Assembly (NCBI GenBank): GCA_902612095.1
Contig: CACMBZ010000003.1
Span: 38,269 to 102,268 of the forward strand
DNA: 64,000 bases
Origin: an uncultured Pelagibacteraceae bacterium
GTDB lineage: Bacteria; Pseudomonadota; Alphaproteobacteria; Pelagibacterales; AG-422-B15
Reading direction: 5' to 3'
A program made the translations under genes and the position numbers. Position 1 is the first letter of the stretch. Each line of letters opens with the position of its first letter. The notes beneath the pieces were generated by a model. It was not told where the DNA came from, searched no databases, and was given only the letters and a program-made list of their open reading frames with translations. Below are positions 18,964 through 27,987 of this stretch, piece by piece.

Positions 18964-21231
18964 ATGACAAAAAAAGATAGAGAAGAGCATTTCAGCGAAA
19001 AAGAAGCGTTAGTGTTTCATACCCAAGGTAAGCCAGGCAAAATAGAAATTAAAGCCACGAAACCTCTAGAGACACAAAGAGACCTTTCATTAGCTTACTC
19101 ACCTGGTGTTGCGGCTCCTGTAAACGCTATAGCTGAAGATATAAGCACAGTTTACGACTATACAAGTAAGGGTAATATAGTTGCAGTTATATCAAATGGA
19201 ACTGCAATATTAGGCCTTGGAAATTTAGGAGCTCATGCATCAAAACCAGTTATGGAAGGAAAATCTGTTTTATTTAAAAGATTTTCAGATATCGACTCAA
19301 TTGATTTAGAAATTGATACCGAGGATGCTGAAAAATTTATTAACTCTGTAAAGTATTTAGGACCATCTTTTGGAGGAATAAATCTTGAAGACATTAAGGC
19401 TCCTGAGTGTTTTATAATCGAAGATTCACTAAGAGAACAAATGGACATACCTATTTTTCATGATGATCAACATGGAACAGCAATTATATCTGCTGCAGCT
19501 CTTATAAATGCAATGGACCTTACAGGAAAAAAAATTAATGAAGCCAAAATTGTTGTTAATGGAGCAGGTGCTGCAGGTATTGCATGTCTAGAGCTCTTAA
19601 AGGCAATGGGTATGCCAAATGAAAATGCAATATTGTGTGACACAAAAGGAGTTATTCATACTGAAAGAAAAGAAAATATGAACCAATGGAAATCTGCACA
19701 TGCAGTAAAAACAAAGTGTAGAACTCTTGAAGATGCATTAAACGGAGCTGATATTTTTTTTGGTCTCTCAATTGGTAATATCATTAGTCAAAAAATGGTT
19801 TTATCTATGGCAGAAAAACCAATTATTTTTGCAATGGCTAATCCTGAACCTGAAATATTGCCTGAAAAGATTAAAGAATGTAGAAAGGATGCGATTATTG
19901 CTACTGGAAGATCAGATTATCCTAATCAGGTTAATAATGTTTTGGGATTCCCCTATATATTTAGAGGTGCATTAGATGTAAGGGCAAAAACAATTAACCT
20001 TGAAATGAAGATTGCTGCGGCTAAAGCAATAGCTGATCTAGCCAAGGAAGATGTACCAGATGAGGTAGCCAATGCTTATCCTGGGAAAAGACCTCAATAC
20101 GGCCCAGATTATATTATCCCTTCTCCCTTCGATCCAAGACTTATTAGTAAGGTTCCTCCAGCAGTTGCTAAAGCCGCTATGGATACTGGTGTTGCAAGGA
20201 AAGCAATTGTTGATATTGAAAATTACTCGAATGAGTTATCTGCGAGGCTCAATCCTTCTGCAGGTCTTCTACAAAAAGTTTTTCAAGAAGTAAAAGAAAA
20301 TCCAAAAAGAGTAATTTTTACTGAAGGTGAAGAGGAAGATATGATCAGAGCTGCAGTAATTTTTCTAAACAATAGAATGGGTACTCCAATATTAATTGGA
20401 AGAGATGACGTCATAAAAGATAAAATGCAGGAAATGGGATTAGATTTTTTTGACCAAATGGAAATTCACAGTACTAGGAATAAATCCGAACGTGATAGGT
20501 ATGCCGAACATATCTATCATCGTTTACAAAGAAAAGGTTTTTTAAAAAAGGATTGTTTAGATCTTCTCAATCGGGAAAGAAATGTTTTTGCAGCATGTAT
20601 GGTATCTTTAAAAGAAGCTGATGCAATGGTTTGCGGTTTAACAAGAAGCTATGCTGCTTCCTTGGAAAGTATCGAGTATGTGCTTGACCCAATACCTAAT
20701 AAAACAATTCTTGGCATGACAGTAATGTTATGTAATGGGAGAACTATTTTCGTTGCCGACTCAAATGTACATGATATGCCAAATGCTTCACAATTAGCAA
20801 ACATCACACAAGAAAGTGCTGAGGTAGTAAGAGAAATATTTGGAATTGAACCAAGAGCCGCTCTGGTTTCATACTCAAATTTTGGTAAGCCTTATACTGA
20901 GAGATCAGTATACATGAGAGATGCAAAAAAAATTCTTGATGAGAGAAATGTAAACTTCGAATACGACGGAGAAATGGGTGCTAATACTGCTTTAAATGAA
21001 AATTTAATGAATCTTTATCCTTTTTGTAAATTAACTGGGCCTGCAAACTTGTTGATTATGCCAGCTATTCACAGTGCAAGCATATCAACTAAGATGCTTC
21101 AGGAATTAGGAGGAGGTACACTAGTTGGACCATACTTGGTTGGCTTTAAAGAAAGTATACAAATTGCACCTTTAGGAGCAAATGTTGCTGACATTGTAAA
21201 CTTAGCTGCATTATCAGCCTTTAAAAGTTAG
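18964..21231 (+). CDS. maeB: NADP-dependent malic enzyme with phosphotransacetylase-like domain
   Basis: LSLAYSPGVA, NLEDIKAP, FHDDQHGT and TGRSDYPNQVNN motifs; C-terminal PTA domain. Confidence 0.97.
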   Translation: MTKKDREEHFSEKEALVFHTQGKPGKIEIKATKPLETQRDLSLAYSPGVAAPVNAIAEDISTVYDYTSKGNIVAVISNGTAILGLGNLGAHASKPVMEGKSVLFKRFSDIDSIDLEIDTEDAEKFINSVKYLGPSFGGINLEDIKAPECFIIEDSLREQMDIPIFHDDQHGTAIISAAALINAMDLTGKKINEAKIVVNGAGAAGIACLELLKAMGMPNENAILCDTKGVIHTERKENMNQWKSAHAVKTKCRTLEDALNGADIFFGLSIGNIISQKMVLSMAEKPIIFAMANPEPEILPEKIKECRKDAIIATGRSDYPNQVNNVLGFPYIFRGALDVRAKTINLEMKIAAAKAIADLAKEDVPDEVANAYPGKRPQYGPDYIIPSPFDPRLISKVPPAVAKAAMDTGVARKAIVDIENYSNELSARLNPSAGLLQKVFQEVKENPKRVIFTEGEEEDMIRAAVIFLNNRMGTPILIGRDDVIKDKMQEMGLDFFDQMEIHSTRNKSERDRYAEHIYHRLQRKGFLKKDCLDLLNRERNVFAACMVSLKEADAMVCGLTRSYAASLESIEYVLDPIPNKTILGMTVMLCNGRTIFVADSNVHDMPNASQLANITQESAEVVREIFGIEPRAALVSYSNFGKPYTERSVYMRDAKKILDERNVNFEYDGEMGANTALNENLMNLYPFCKLTGPANLLIMPAIHSASISTKMLQELGGGTLVGPYLVGFKESIQIAPLGANVADIVNLAALSAFKS

Positions 21232-22190
21232 TTTTTCAAAAAATATGCGATCTCTTTGAGTGCTTGTTTTGCCTCAGGTAAAAAACCAAATATTTGCCAA
21301 ACATGAGGTAGATTGTTGTATACGCTTAAAGTCACTTCATTGTTTCCATCTTTTATTTTAGATTCAAGATCCAGGGAGTCGCTATACAATATTTCAATAT
21401 CACTAACCTGTATCAAGGTTTTTGGATAGTTAGAGTATTTTGCAAATACTGGGGATATAAGAGGATTTTTATAATCTTGATTTGGGGCGTACCATTCTTT
21501 GACAGTTTTCTGCATAGAGAGCGATGTGTTTAGCCAATTATCGTAAGATAAATAAGGATCTGACTTTGAATTTTCCTTAATGCTTCTTCCCTCGCCAGTA
21601 AGGTCTGTCCATGGAGATAATAAAAATAGTTTTGAAGGTAATTTTTGATTTAGCTCTTGTAATTTCAATGTGCTGACTAAAGTTAGATTACCTCCAGCTG
21701 AGTCCCCTCCAAAATAAATATTTTCATTTTTAAATCCTCTTTCTAATAAGGCATTATAACTGCTTATAGTTTCGTCGATTGCTTTAGGGAAATTACTTTC
21801 AGGTGATAATGGGTAATCAATAGCAAATATTTGAATTGAGGATAACTTAGCTAATGTTATAAGCATATTTTGATGTGTCTCTGGTGATCCAGCTACATAA
21901 CCCCCTCCATGAAGATAAAGTATACATTTTTCTTTATCGGAGTTTTTATTTGTAAAATGTAAAGTTCTCGTTTCACTTAAATAAATTTCTTTAATATCCA
22001 TAGATGATTTGCGTTTATTGAAAATTAATTTTTGCAAAAGTTTAGACCCTAATGAATTATCTTGATCAACGTAACCTTCCTGATTCATCATCTTTCTTGC
22101 TTCAATGTAGGATCTTTCTTCAACAGGAGGTTGAACATCTTTTACATATTTTTTAAGCATGAAGTTGAGTATTTTTGATTGTATGCTCAT
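21228..22190 (-). CDS. Alpha/beta hydrolase, HSL-family esterase
   Basis: HGGG oxyanion motif, GDSAGG nucleophile and C-terminal HVWQ. Confidence 0.9.
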   Translation of the reverse strand: MSIQSKILNFMLKKYVKDVQPPVEERSYIEARKMMNQEGYVDQDNSLGSKLLQKLIFNKRKSSMDIKEIYLSETRTLHFTNKNSDKEKCILYLHGGGYVAGSPETHQNMLITLAKLSSIQIFAIDYPLSPESNFPKAIDETISSYNALLERGFKNENIYFGGDSAGGNLTLVSTLKLQELNQKLPSKLFLLSPWTDLTGEGRSIKENSKSDPYLSYDNWLNTSLSMQKTVKEWYAPNQDYKNPLISPVFAKYSNYPKTLIQVSDIEILYSDSLDLESKIKDGNNEVTLSVYNNLPHVWQIFGFLPEAKQALKEIAYFLKN

Positions 22191-22196
22191 ATCGAA

Positions 22197-23129
22197 TTAA
22201 TTAGTTTTTAAAAGCTGATCCCAAATTATTTTTGAAATATCGATCTTATGAAGTTTTTTGATTTCTTGTATGCAGGTTGGTGACGTAACATTAATTTCCG
22301 TTAAATATTTACCAATTACGTCAATGCCTACAAAAAAAAGTCCTTCATCTTTTAGAAATCCTCCGATTTCCTTACAAATATTTAAATCTTGTCTTGATAT
22401 TTTGACTGCTTCGCAATTTCCTCCCACATGAATATTTGAGCGTATTTCGTTGTTCTTGGGTATCCTTCTCAAAGCTGCAATTGGTTCTCCATTAACAAGA
22501 ATTATTCGTTTGTCTCCATGTTTGATTTCCGGAAGAAATTTTTGAATTATAAATGGCTCTTTATGCTGATCTATGAAACGTTCGATGATTTGATTATAGT
22601 TTTCATCTTGTTTATTAAGTAAAAATATACTTTCACCTCCATTGCCGTAGAGAGGTTTAATTACGCACTTTCCATTTTGTTTTATAAAATCATTTATTTC
22701 CTTTTTTTCTCTAGTAATAACCGTTGGAGGTATTATTTCTTTATAAGATAGCATTGAAATTTTTTCTGGTGCGTTTCTTATCCCATTTGGACGATTTATA
22801 AACTTAGTAGGCCCTTTTACTTGTTCTAAGAGATGCATAGAAGAAATATATTCCATGTTATAAGGCGGATCCTGTCGAATGAAAACATAATTGAAATTAT
22901 CAACCCTTACTTGTTTAGGATTACCAATTACATAATTTTTTAACTTACTATCTTTAAAAGAAATTTCTCTAGCCTGAGCATATACCAAATTATTTTTAAA
23001 TGTCAGACTACTTGGTAAAAAATAAAAATTCTTATTTTTTCTTTTTTGGGACTCTAGAATTAATGGTAAGGAACTATCAGTCTTAATATTGAGCTTATCA
23101 ATTTCATCAATTTGAAAACCTACGTTCAT
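22197..23129 (-). CDS. gshB: Glutathione synthetase
   Basis: RQDPPY, KPLYGNGG, GDKRI and EINVTSPT motifs. Confidence 0.97.
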   Translation of the reverse strand: MNVGFQIDEIDKLNIKTDSSLPLILESQKRKNKNFYFLPSSLTFKNNLVYAQAREISFKDSKLKNYVIGNPKQVRVDNFNYVFIRQDPPYNMEYISSMHLLEQVKGPTKFINRPNGIRNAPEKISMLSYKEIIPPTVITREKKEINDFIKQNGKCVIKPLYGNGGESIFLLNKQDENYNQIIERFIDQHKEPFIIQKFLPEIKHGDKRIILVNGEPIAALRRIPKNNEIRSNIHVGGNCEAVKISRQDLNICKEIGGFLKDEGLFFVGIDVIGKYLTEINVTSPTCIQEIKKLHKIDISKIIWDQLLKTN

Positions 23130-23134
23130 TTAGA

Positions 23135-23725
23135 TTAAAATTCATCAGTTTTGATTGAGATGTAATCTATTACTTCTTCAACACCATATATATCTCTAGC
23201 GATATTTATTACTAAATCTCTTTCATCCTCGCTTCCAGCAATACCTATGATGTAGACTAGCTTATTAACTGTCTCAATACTATAATTTAATGAATTAACA
23301 TTTTCATTCAATATAAGTTTTCCCTTTACCTTTGTGCTTATAACAAGATCATCAGCGAAGTTAATTATATTATCTGAGTTAGATATTTGGATTTCATTAA
23401 TAACAGTTTGTACTCCTTTTACTCCCCAAGCAATCCGTGTTGCTTCAATTTTAAGATCTATATTCTCTATTGTCCCAGTCAATAACACTCTTCCTTGTGA
23501 CACCTCAACATCAATATTAAAAAATAATTTTTCGTTTTGATCAAAATATGTATTTTTTATTAGAGTTTTAATAATTGTATCATCAACAAACTCTCCAATT
23601 GATCTATCTTCTTGATTGACTGTAACTACCTTGACAGCTGTGCCGGTTGCTACTTGTGCACAGTGAGCTAACAAGATAGAGGGTAGTATTATATAAACTA
23701 AGGTATAAACAAACTTAATGTGCAT
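23135..23725 (-). CDS. Dual BON-domain lipoprotein (DolP/YraP-like)
   Basis: Signal ending LAHC, RSIGEFVDD motif and two BON repeats; adjacent to rsmI. Confidence 0.88.
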   Translation of the reverse strand: MHIKFVYTLVYIILPSILLAHCAQVATGTAVKVVTVNQEDRSIGEFVDDTIIKTLIKNTYFDQNEKLFFNIDVEVSQGRVLLTGTIENIDLKIEATRIAWGVKGVQTVINEIQISNSDNIINFADDLVISTKVKGKLILNENVNSLNYSIETVNKLVYIIGIAGSEDERDLVINIARDIYGVEEVIDYISIKTDEF

Positions 23726-23753
23726 TATAAATTATTATATATCAAAATTAATA

Positions 23754-24644
23754 TCATTGCTTATTTTTTATTAGTAACTGATATACCTCTCTTTTTGAAA
23801 GATTAAAAAATGTTGAAATAATTTTTGAAATTTTAGATGTATTAAGCCCTGCAGCAATAAGTTGATCAGATAATATTGAAATTTCTTCATTTGAAATTTT
23901 ATTTTCTTTACTGTGGCAAAGAGGCTTAACCACAAATGTTATTTCACCTAAAATTTTTTTTCTGTTTCTCAGTTTTTCAATCACTTCTGTAATATTTGAG
24001 TTAATGACTTCTTCATTCTTTTTAGTTAATTCTCTTACAAATGTTACCTCACAACTACCATAATGATCATTGATAAAATTAAGTGTTTTTAGAATTCGCA
24101 GAGGTGATTCAAAATATATTACTACGCATTCAAGTTTTTTTATCAAATCCAATTCTTTTAGAGCTTCATTTTTATGTCTTGGAAAAAAACTTCTAAACAT
24201 AAAAGATTTTTGAGCAAAACTTGACAAAACATAGCTTGATATGGTTGCTGATGGACCAGGTAACGAAAATACATTAATTTTTTTTTCGTCACAAATTTTT
24301 ATAAGATCTGAGCCAGGATCCGAAATTATTGGTGTGCCGGCATCAGATATTATTGCAATTGATAATCCCGCTTGTAATTTTTTTATTATTAATGGAATAG
24401 AGTTTTTTGAGTTGAATTTATGAAATGGTTTAAGTTGGGTTTTAATTCCATATTTATTCGTTAATTTTTTACTTATGCGAGTATCTTCACATAAGATTAA
24501 ATCTACACAAGACAGAATTTTAAGAGATCGTAGGGTAATATCACCTAAATTGCCAATTGGAGTTGCCACAATGTATAATCCATTTTGAACCTTTTCGTAT
24601 TCTAATAATTCATTAATATAACCATTGTTTAGTTTTATGTTCAT
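23754..24644 (-). CDS. rsmI: 16S rRNA C1402 2'-O-methyltransferase
   Basis: LYIVATPIGNL, CEDTR, SDAGTPIISDPG and RELTK motifs. Confidence 0.97.
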   Translation of the reverse strand: MNIKLNNGYINELLEYEKVQNGLYIVATPIGNLGDITLRSLKILSCVDLILCEDTRISKKLTNKYGIKTQLKPFHKFNSKNSIPLIIKKLQAGLSIAIISDAGTPIISDPGSDLIKICDEKKINVFSLPGPSATISSYVLSSFAQKSFMFRSFFPRHKNEALKELDLIKKLECVVIYFESPLRILKTLNFINDHYGSCEVTFVRELTKKNEEVINSNITEVIEKLRNRKKILGEITFVVKPLCHSKENKISNEEISILSDQLIAAGLNTSKISKIISTFFNLSKREVYQLLIKNKQ

Positions 24645-25937
24645 ATGTATCTAAAAAAAAAATTTATTCTACTAATAACTGTCTTTACATTCATTGGCTT
24701 TCTAAGTTGTGAGACTCCAACTAATTACCAAACTGAAACTACCACATATAATAAATCTATAAAATTAGATAATAAGAATATAAATAATAATTCATTATCA
24801 TCGCAGATTCTGAATGAAGAAAAAGATACTGCTCAAAGGGAATTTCTTAATATTGTTTTGATGCTCCCTTTAAGCGGTAAACATTATCAAATAGGTAAAT
24901 CATTATTAAACTCTGCTCAATTGGCAGTTGAAAAAAAAAATAATAAGAAAATAATATTTACAATAATTGATACAGGTGATGAAGAGCAGTTATTATCTCG
25001 ATTATATAGCGTACTTGAAGATGATATAGATATAATTATCGGGCCAGTTTTCTCCGATAAAGTAAATCAAGTCAGGGAAGTTACAAAAAATAAAGATATA
25101 CCCATTGTTGCATTTTCTAATAATTCAAAAATACAAGATAACAGGTTATATGTATTTGGGCTTAAATTAGAAGATGAATTAAAGGAATTATTAACCTATT
25201 CCATTAAGCGTAATTTAAAAAAATATGCTGTATTAGTTCCAAGAAATGAATTTGGTAGTCGTGTTGAAAAAGAAATTAAACAATTTCAGTCTAAAAATAA
25301 TTTATCGACCTTTAACTTTACTTTCTATAATCCAAATTCTCCAGATTTTTATGATGTTTCAAAGAATGTTTCTAATTTTGAAGAAAGAAAAGCTAATTTA
25401 GAAAAGAAAATTGAACAATTGGAAAAAGAGAATTCTGAAAAAGCAAAAGAGGAATTGAAGAAGTTAAAAAAATTAGATACTTACGGTGAATTAAATTTTG
25501 AAGCCCTGATAATTTTCGCGCAAAATTTTCAAGAGGTATCAAACTTCAGTTCTATACTTCCATATTACGACGTAGACCCTAAAAAAATACAATATATTGG
25601 AAGTTCATTGTGGGCTAAAAATTTATCACTAAAAGAACCGGGTTTAGATAATGGATACTTCGCTTCACTTGACATAGATAATCGGAGAAAATTTGAGGAT
25701 ATATATTTAGAAATTTTCAATTCTAAGCCACACTCTTTAGCGGCATTAAGTTATGATATTGTTGGACTCATCAGTAATCTTCATAAAGACAAAAACAATT
25801 TCACAATAGAAAAGCTGCATAACTCCAATGGCTTTATTGGTATAAACGGATGGTTTAAAATGACTTCAAATGGCAATGTCTCACGTCAACCAAAAATATA
25901 TAAAATAAAGAATCAAAAATTTAGTCTTTTAAATTAA
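24645..25937 (+). CDS. lpoA: Penicillin-binding protein activator lipoprotein (LpoA/LppC-like)
   Basis: Lipobox FLSC; MLPLSG, IIGPVFS and LSYD motifs (periplasmic binding fold); divergent from rsmI as in yraM-rsmI. Confidence 0.75.
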   Translation: MYLKKKFILLITVFTFIGFLSCETPTNYQTETTTYNKSIKLDNKNINNNSLSSQILNEEKDTAQREFLNIVLMLPLSGKHYQIGKSLLNSAQLAVEKKNNKKIIFTIIDTGDEEQLLSRLYSVLEDDIDIIIGPVFSDKVNQVREVTKNKDIPIVAFSNNSKIQDNRLYVFGLKLEDELKELLTYSIKRNLKKYAVLVPRNEFGSRVEKEIKQFQSKNNLSTFNFTFYNPNSPDFYDVSKNVSNFEERKANLEKKIEQLEKENSEKAKEELKKLKKLDTYGELNFEALIIFAQNFQEVSNFSSILPYYDVDPKKIQYIGSSLWAKNLSLKEPGLDNGYFASLDIDNRRKFEDIYLEIFNSKPHSLAALSYDIVGLISNLHKDKNNFTIEKLHNSNGFIGINGWFKMTSNGNVSRQPKIYKIKNQKFSLLN

Positions 25938-26548
25938 TCTATAAATCTTTCTAAATACGTTTTCATTTTTTTAAATGCTATTGATCGATGACTTATTCTT
26001 TCCTTATAATCGAAATTCATTTCACCAAAAGTTTTTTTATAACCAATTGGTACAAAAATAGGATCATATCCAAAACCATTTTTGCCTAGAGGGGGAAATT
26101 GAACATGTCCATATTTTTTTCCTACGAATACTCTGTAATTATTATCTGGAAAATAAATGGATAAAGCACAACAAAAAAAAGCTTTTCGAGAACTCTTGTT
26201 TACATAATTATTTATAAGAATTTTTTGGTGTATTTTTCTGATTGCTGTGTTGAAATTTTTATCCTTTCCTGCCCATCTGGCTGAATATATTCCAGGCTGA
26301 TTACCAAGCGATAGAACACAAAGGCCACTATCGTCAGCTATGGCAGGAATGCCTGATTTTTTGGCAGCATTTTTTGATTTTATTAGAGAATTTTCTTTAA
26401 AAGTTTTTCCGTTTTCGATTGGTTCATTGATACAAAATTTTTTTGCAGAGTAAATTTTGAGACCCATTGGCTTTAATAGAGATCTAATTTCTCTTACCTT
26501 TCCTTCGTTATGACTGGCAATAACTATTTCTTTTATATTTTTAATCAC
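25934..26548 (-). CDS. rdgB: Non-canonical purine NTP pyrophosphatase
   Basis: ASHNEGK, ADDSGL, PGIYSARW, GFGYDPIF and ISHR motifs. Confidence 0.97.
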   Translation of the reverse strand: MIKNIKEIVIASHNEGKVREIRSLLKPMGLKIYSAKKFCINEPIENGKTFKENSLIKSKNAAKKSGIPAIADDSGLCVLSLGNQPGIYSARWAGKDKNFNTAIRKIHQKILINNYVNKSSRKAFFCCALSIYFPDNNYRVFVGKKYGHVQFPPLGKNGFGYDPIFVPIGYKKTFGEMNFDYKERISHRSIAFKKMKTYLERFID

Positions 26549-27254
26549 TTAAAATTTTTTTTTGCATTTGGATGATCTCAGAGATCCCTGATTTTGCAAG
26601 TTCCAACATTGCATTAAATGACCTCTCCTCACAAAGCTTCTTTTCCGAAGTCATCTGTACTTCAACTAATTTACCACTTTCTGTTATTACAAAATTTGCA
26701 TCTACTTCAGCATTTTGATCTTCCTCAAAATCTAAGTCTAAATAAGGTTCACCATTTATAATTCCACAGCTGATTGCGGCAACATATTCACTAATTGGAT
26801 TTTTTTTTATAATTTTTTTATTAAGCATATGATTTATGCATAATTGAAGTGCGATAAATGATCCTGAAATTGAAGCGGTTCTTGTTCCACCATCTGCTTG
26901 AATAACATCACAATCTATTATTATTTGTAATTCTCTTAAATCTTCTAAATTAACTATAGATCTTAATGATCTTCCAATAAGTCTTTGTATTTCCTGTGTT
27001 CTACCAGATTGTTTACCTTTGGCGGCCTCTCTAGACATTCTCTCATAAGTTGATCTTGGTAACATCCCATATTCTGCTGTTACCCACCCAGTCTCTGAAT
27101 TTTTTAACCATCTTGGTAAATTTCTATCAAGCGATGCACTGCAGATCACATGCGTATTACCACATTTAATTAAGCATGAGCCTTCAGGATTGCATGAAAA
27201 ATTAGGAATTATTTCTATATCTCTTAATTGGTTAATATTTCTATTATTTCTCAT
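26541..27254 (-). CDS. rph: Ribonuclease PH
   Basis: GWVTAEYGMLPR, RTQEIQRLIGRSLR and ADGGTRTASI motifs. Confidence 0.98.
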   Translation of the reverse strand: MRNNRNINQLRDIEIIPNFSCNPEGSCLIKCGNTHVICSASLDRNLPRWLKNSETGWVTAEYGMLPRSTYERMSREAAKGKQSGRTQEIQRLIGRSLRSIVNLEDLRELQIIIDCDVIQADGGTRTASISGSFIALQLCINHMLNKKIIKKNPISEYVAAISCGIINGEPYLDLDFEEDQNAEVDANFVITESGKLVEVQMTSEKKLCEERSFNAMLELAKSGISEIIQMQKKILSD

Positions 27255-27277
27255 TGAGTGATAAATTATACTATGTA

Positions 27278-27306
27278 TTGACGAAAATAATATAGATCAT
27301 TACATA
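27278..27306 (+). promoter_or_regulatory. Putative promoter giving a leaderless grpE mRNA
   Basis: TTGACG-N17-TACATA; the -10 ends 7 nt before ATG 27314; no SD sequence. Confidence 0.45.
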
Positions 27307-27313
27307 ATTAAAT

Positions 27314-27868
27314 ATGGCCAAAAATAAAAATAAAAAAAATTTAGACCCCAAGCCAGCTAAAGTAGATGAAAATTCTGAAGTAAAAACAGAAGATGTGGGT
27401 GCTGATGATAATGATAAGCTTAAAGAACTTGAAAGTAGGCTTCTAACCAGCCTGGCTGAAAATGAAAATCTAAGAAAAAGATTTGATAGAGAAAAAGAGG
27501 ACTTAAGCAATTATGTGATTTCAAATTTTGCAAAAGAGATACTGTCGGTTCTCGATAATCTTCAAAGAGCTATAGCTTCAGTTAAAGTTAAAGAAGTAAA
27601 AGAAAAATCAGACAGTCTTTCACAATTATTCGAGGGCATTGAGCTTACCGAAAAACAAATTATTTCTACTTTTGAAAGATTTAAGATTGAACAAATTAAA
27701 TCACTGGGTGAGCAATTTGATCCGAATATTCACCAAGCGATGTTTGAAGTTGAAAAGGATGATCAAGAAGCAGGAACTGTTGCTGAGGTTGTTCAAGAGG
27801 GATACAAAATCGGAGATAGACTTCTAAGACCAGCACTTGTAGGCGTGGTAAAGAAAAAAGTTAAATAA
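27314..27868 (+). CDS. grpE: Nucleotide exchange factor GrpE
   Basis: AENENLRKR, FDPNIHQA and GYKIGDRLLRPALVGV motifs. Confidence 0.97.
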   Translation: MAKNKNKKNLDPKPAKVDENSEVKTEDVGADDNDKLKELESRLLTSLAENENLRKRFDREKEDLSNYVISNFAKEILSVLDNLQRAIASVKVKEVKEKSDSLSQLFEGIELTEKQIISTFERFKIEQIKSLGEQFDPNIHQAMFEVEKDDQEAGTVAEVVQEGYKIGDRLLRPALVGVVKKKVK

Positions 27869-27929
27869 TATCAATAGGATAGTATAATAATAATTAAAAA
27901 TCTCATTTTTCTCTTTTTTTAAGCAAGGG

Positions 27930-27957
27930 GTTGTACTGCAAAATCAACTACCCATAT
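27930..27957 (+). promoter_or_regulatory. Putative RpoH (sigma32) promoter of dnaK
   Basis: TTGTAC-N14-CCCATAT, 30 nt upstream of the dnaK ATG. Confidence 0.65.
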
Positions 27958-27987
27958 ATAAAACAAATATCAATTCAGAGTAAGAAT

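Noticed and set aside
27271-27510. 79-aa Ser/Leu-rich ORF opposite grpE
   Set aside because: Mirror of Lys/Glu-rich grpE codons.
27931-27987. 19-codon TTG extension of DnaK
   Set aside because: The TTG is the -35 of the putative sigma32 promoter; the conserved start is MAKVIG.
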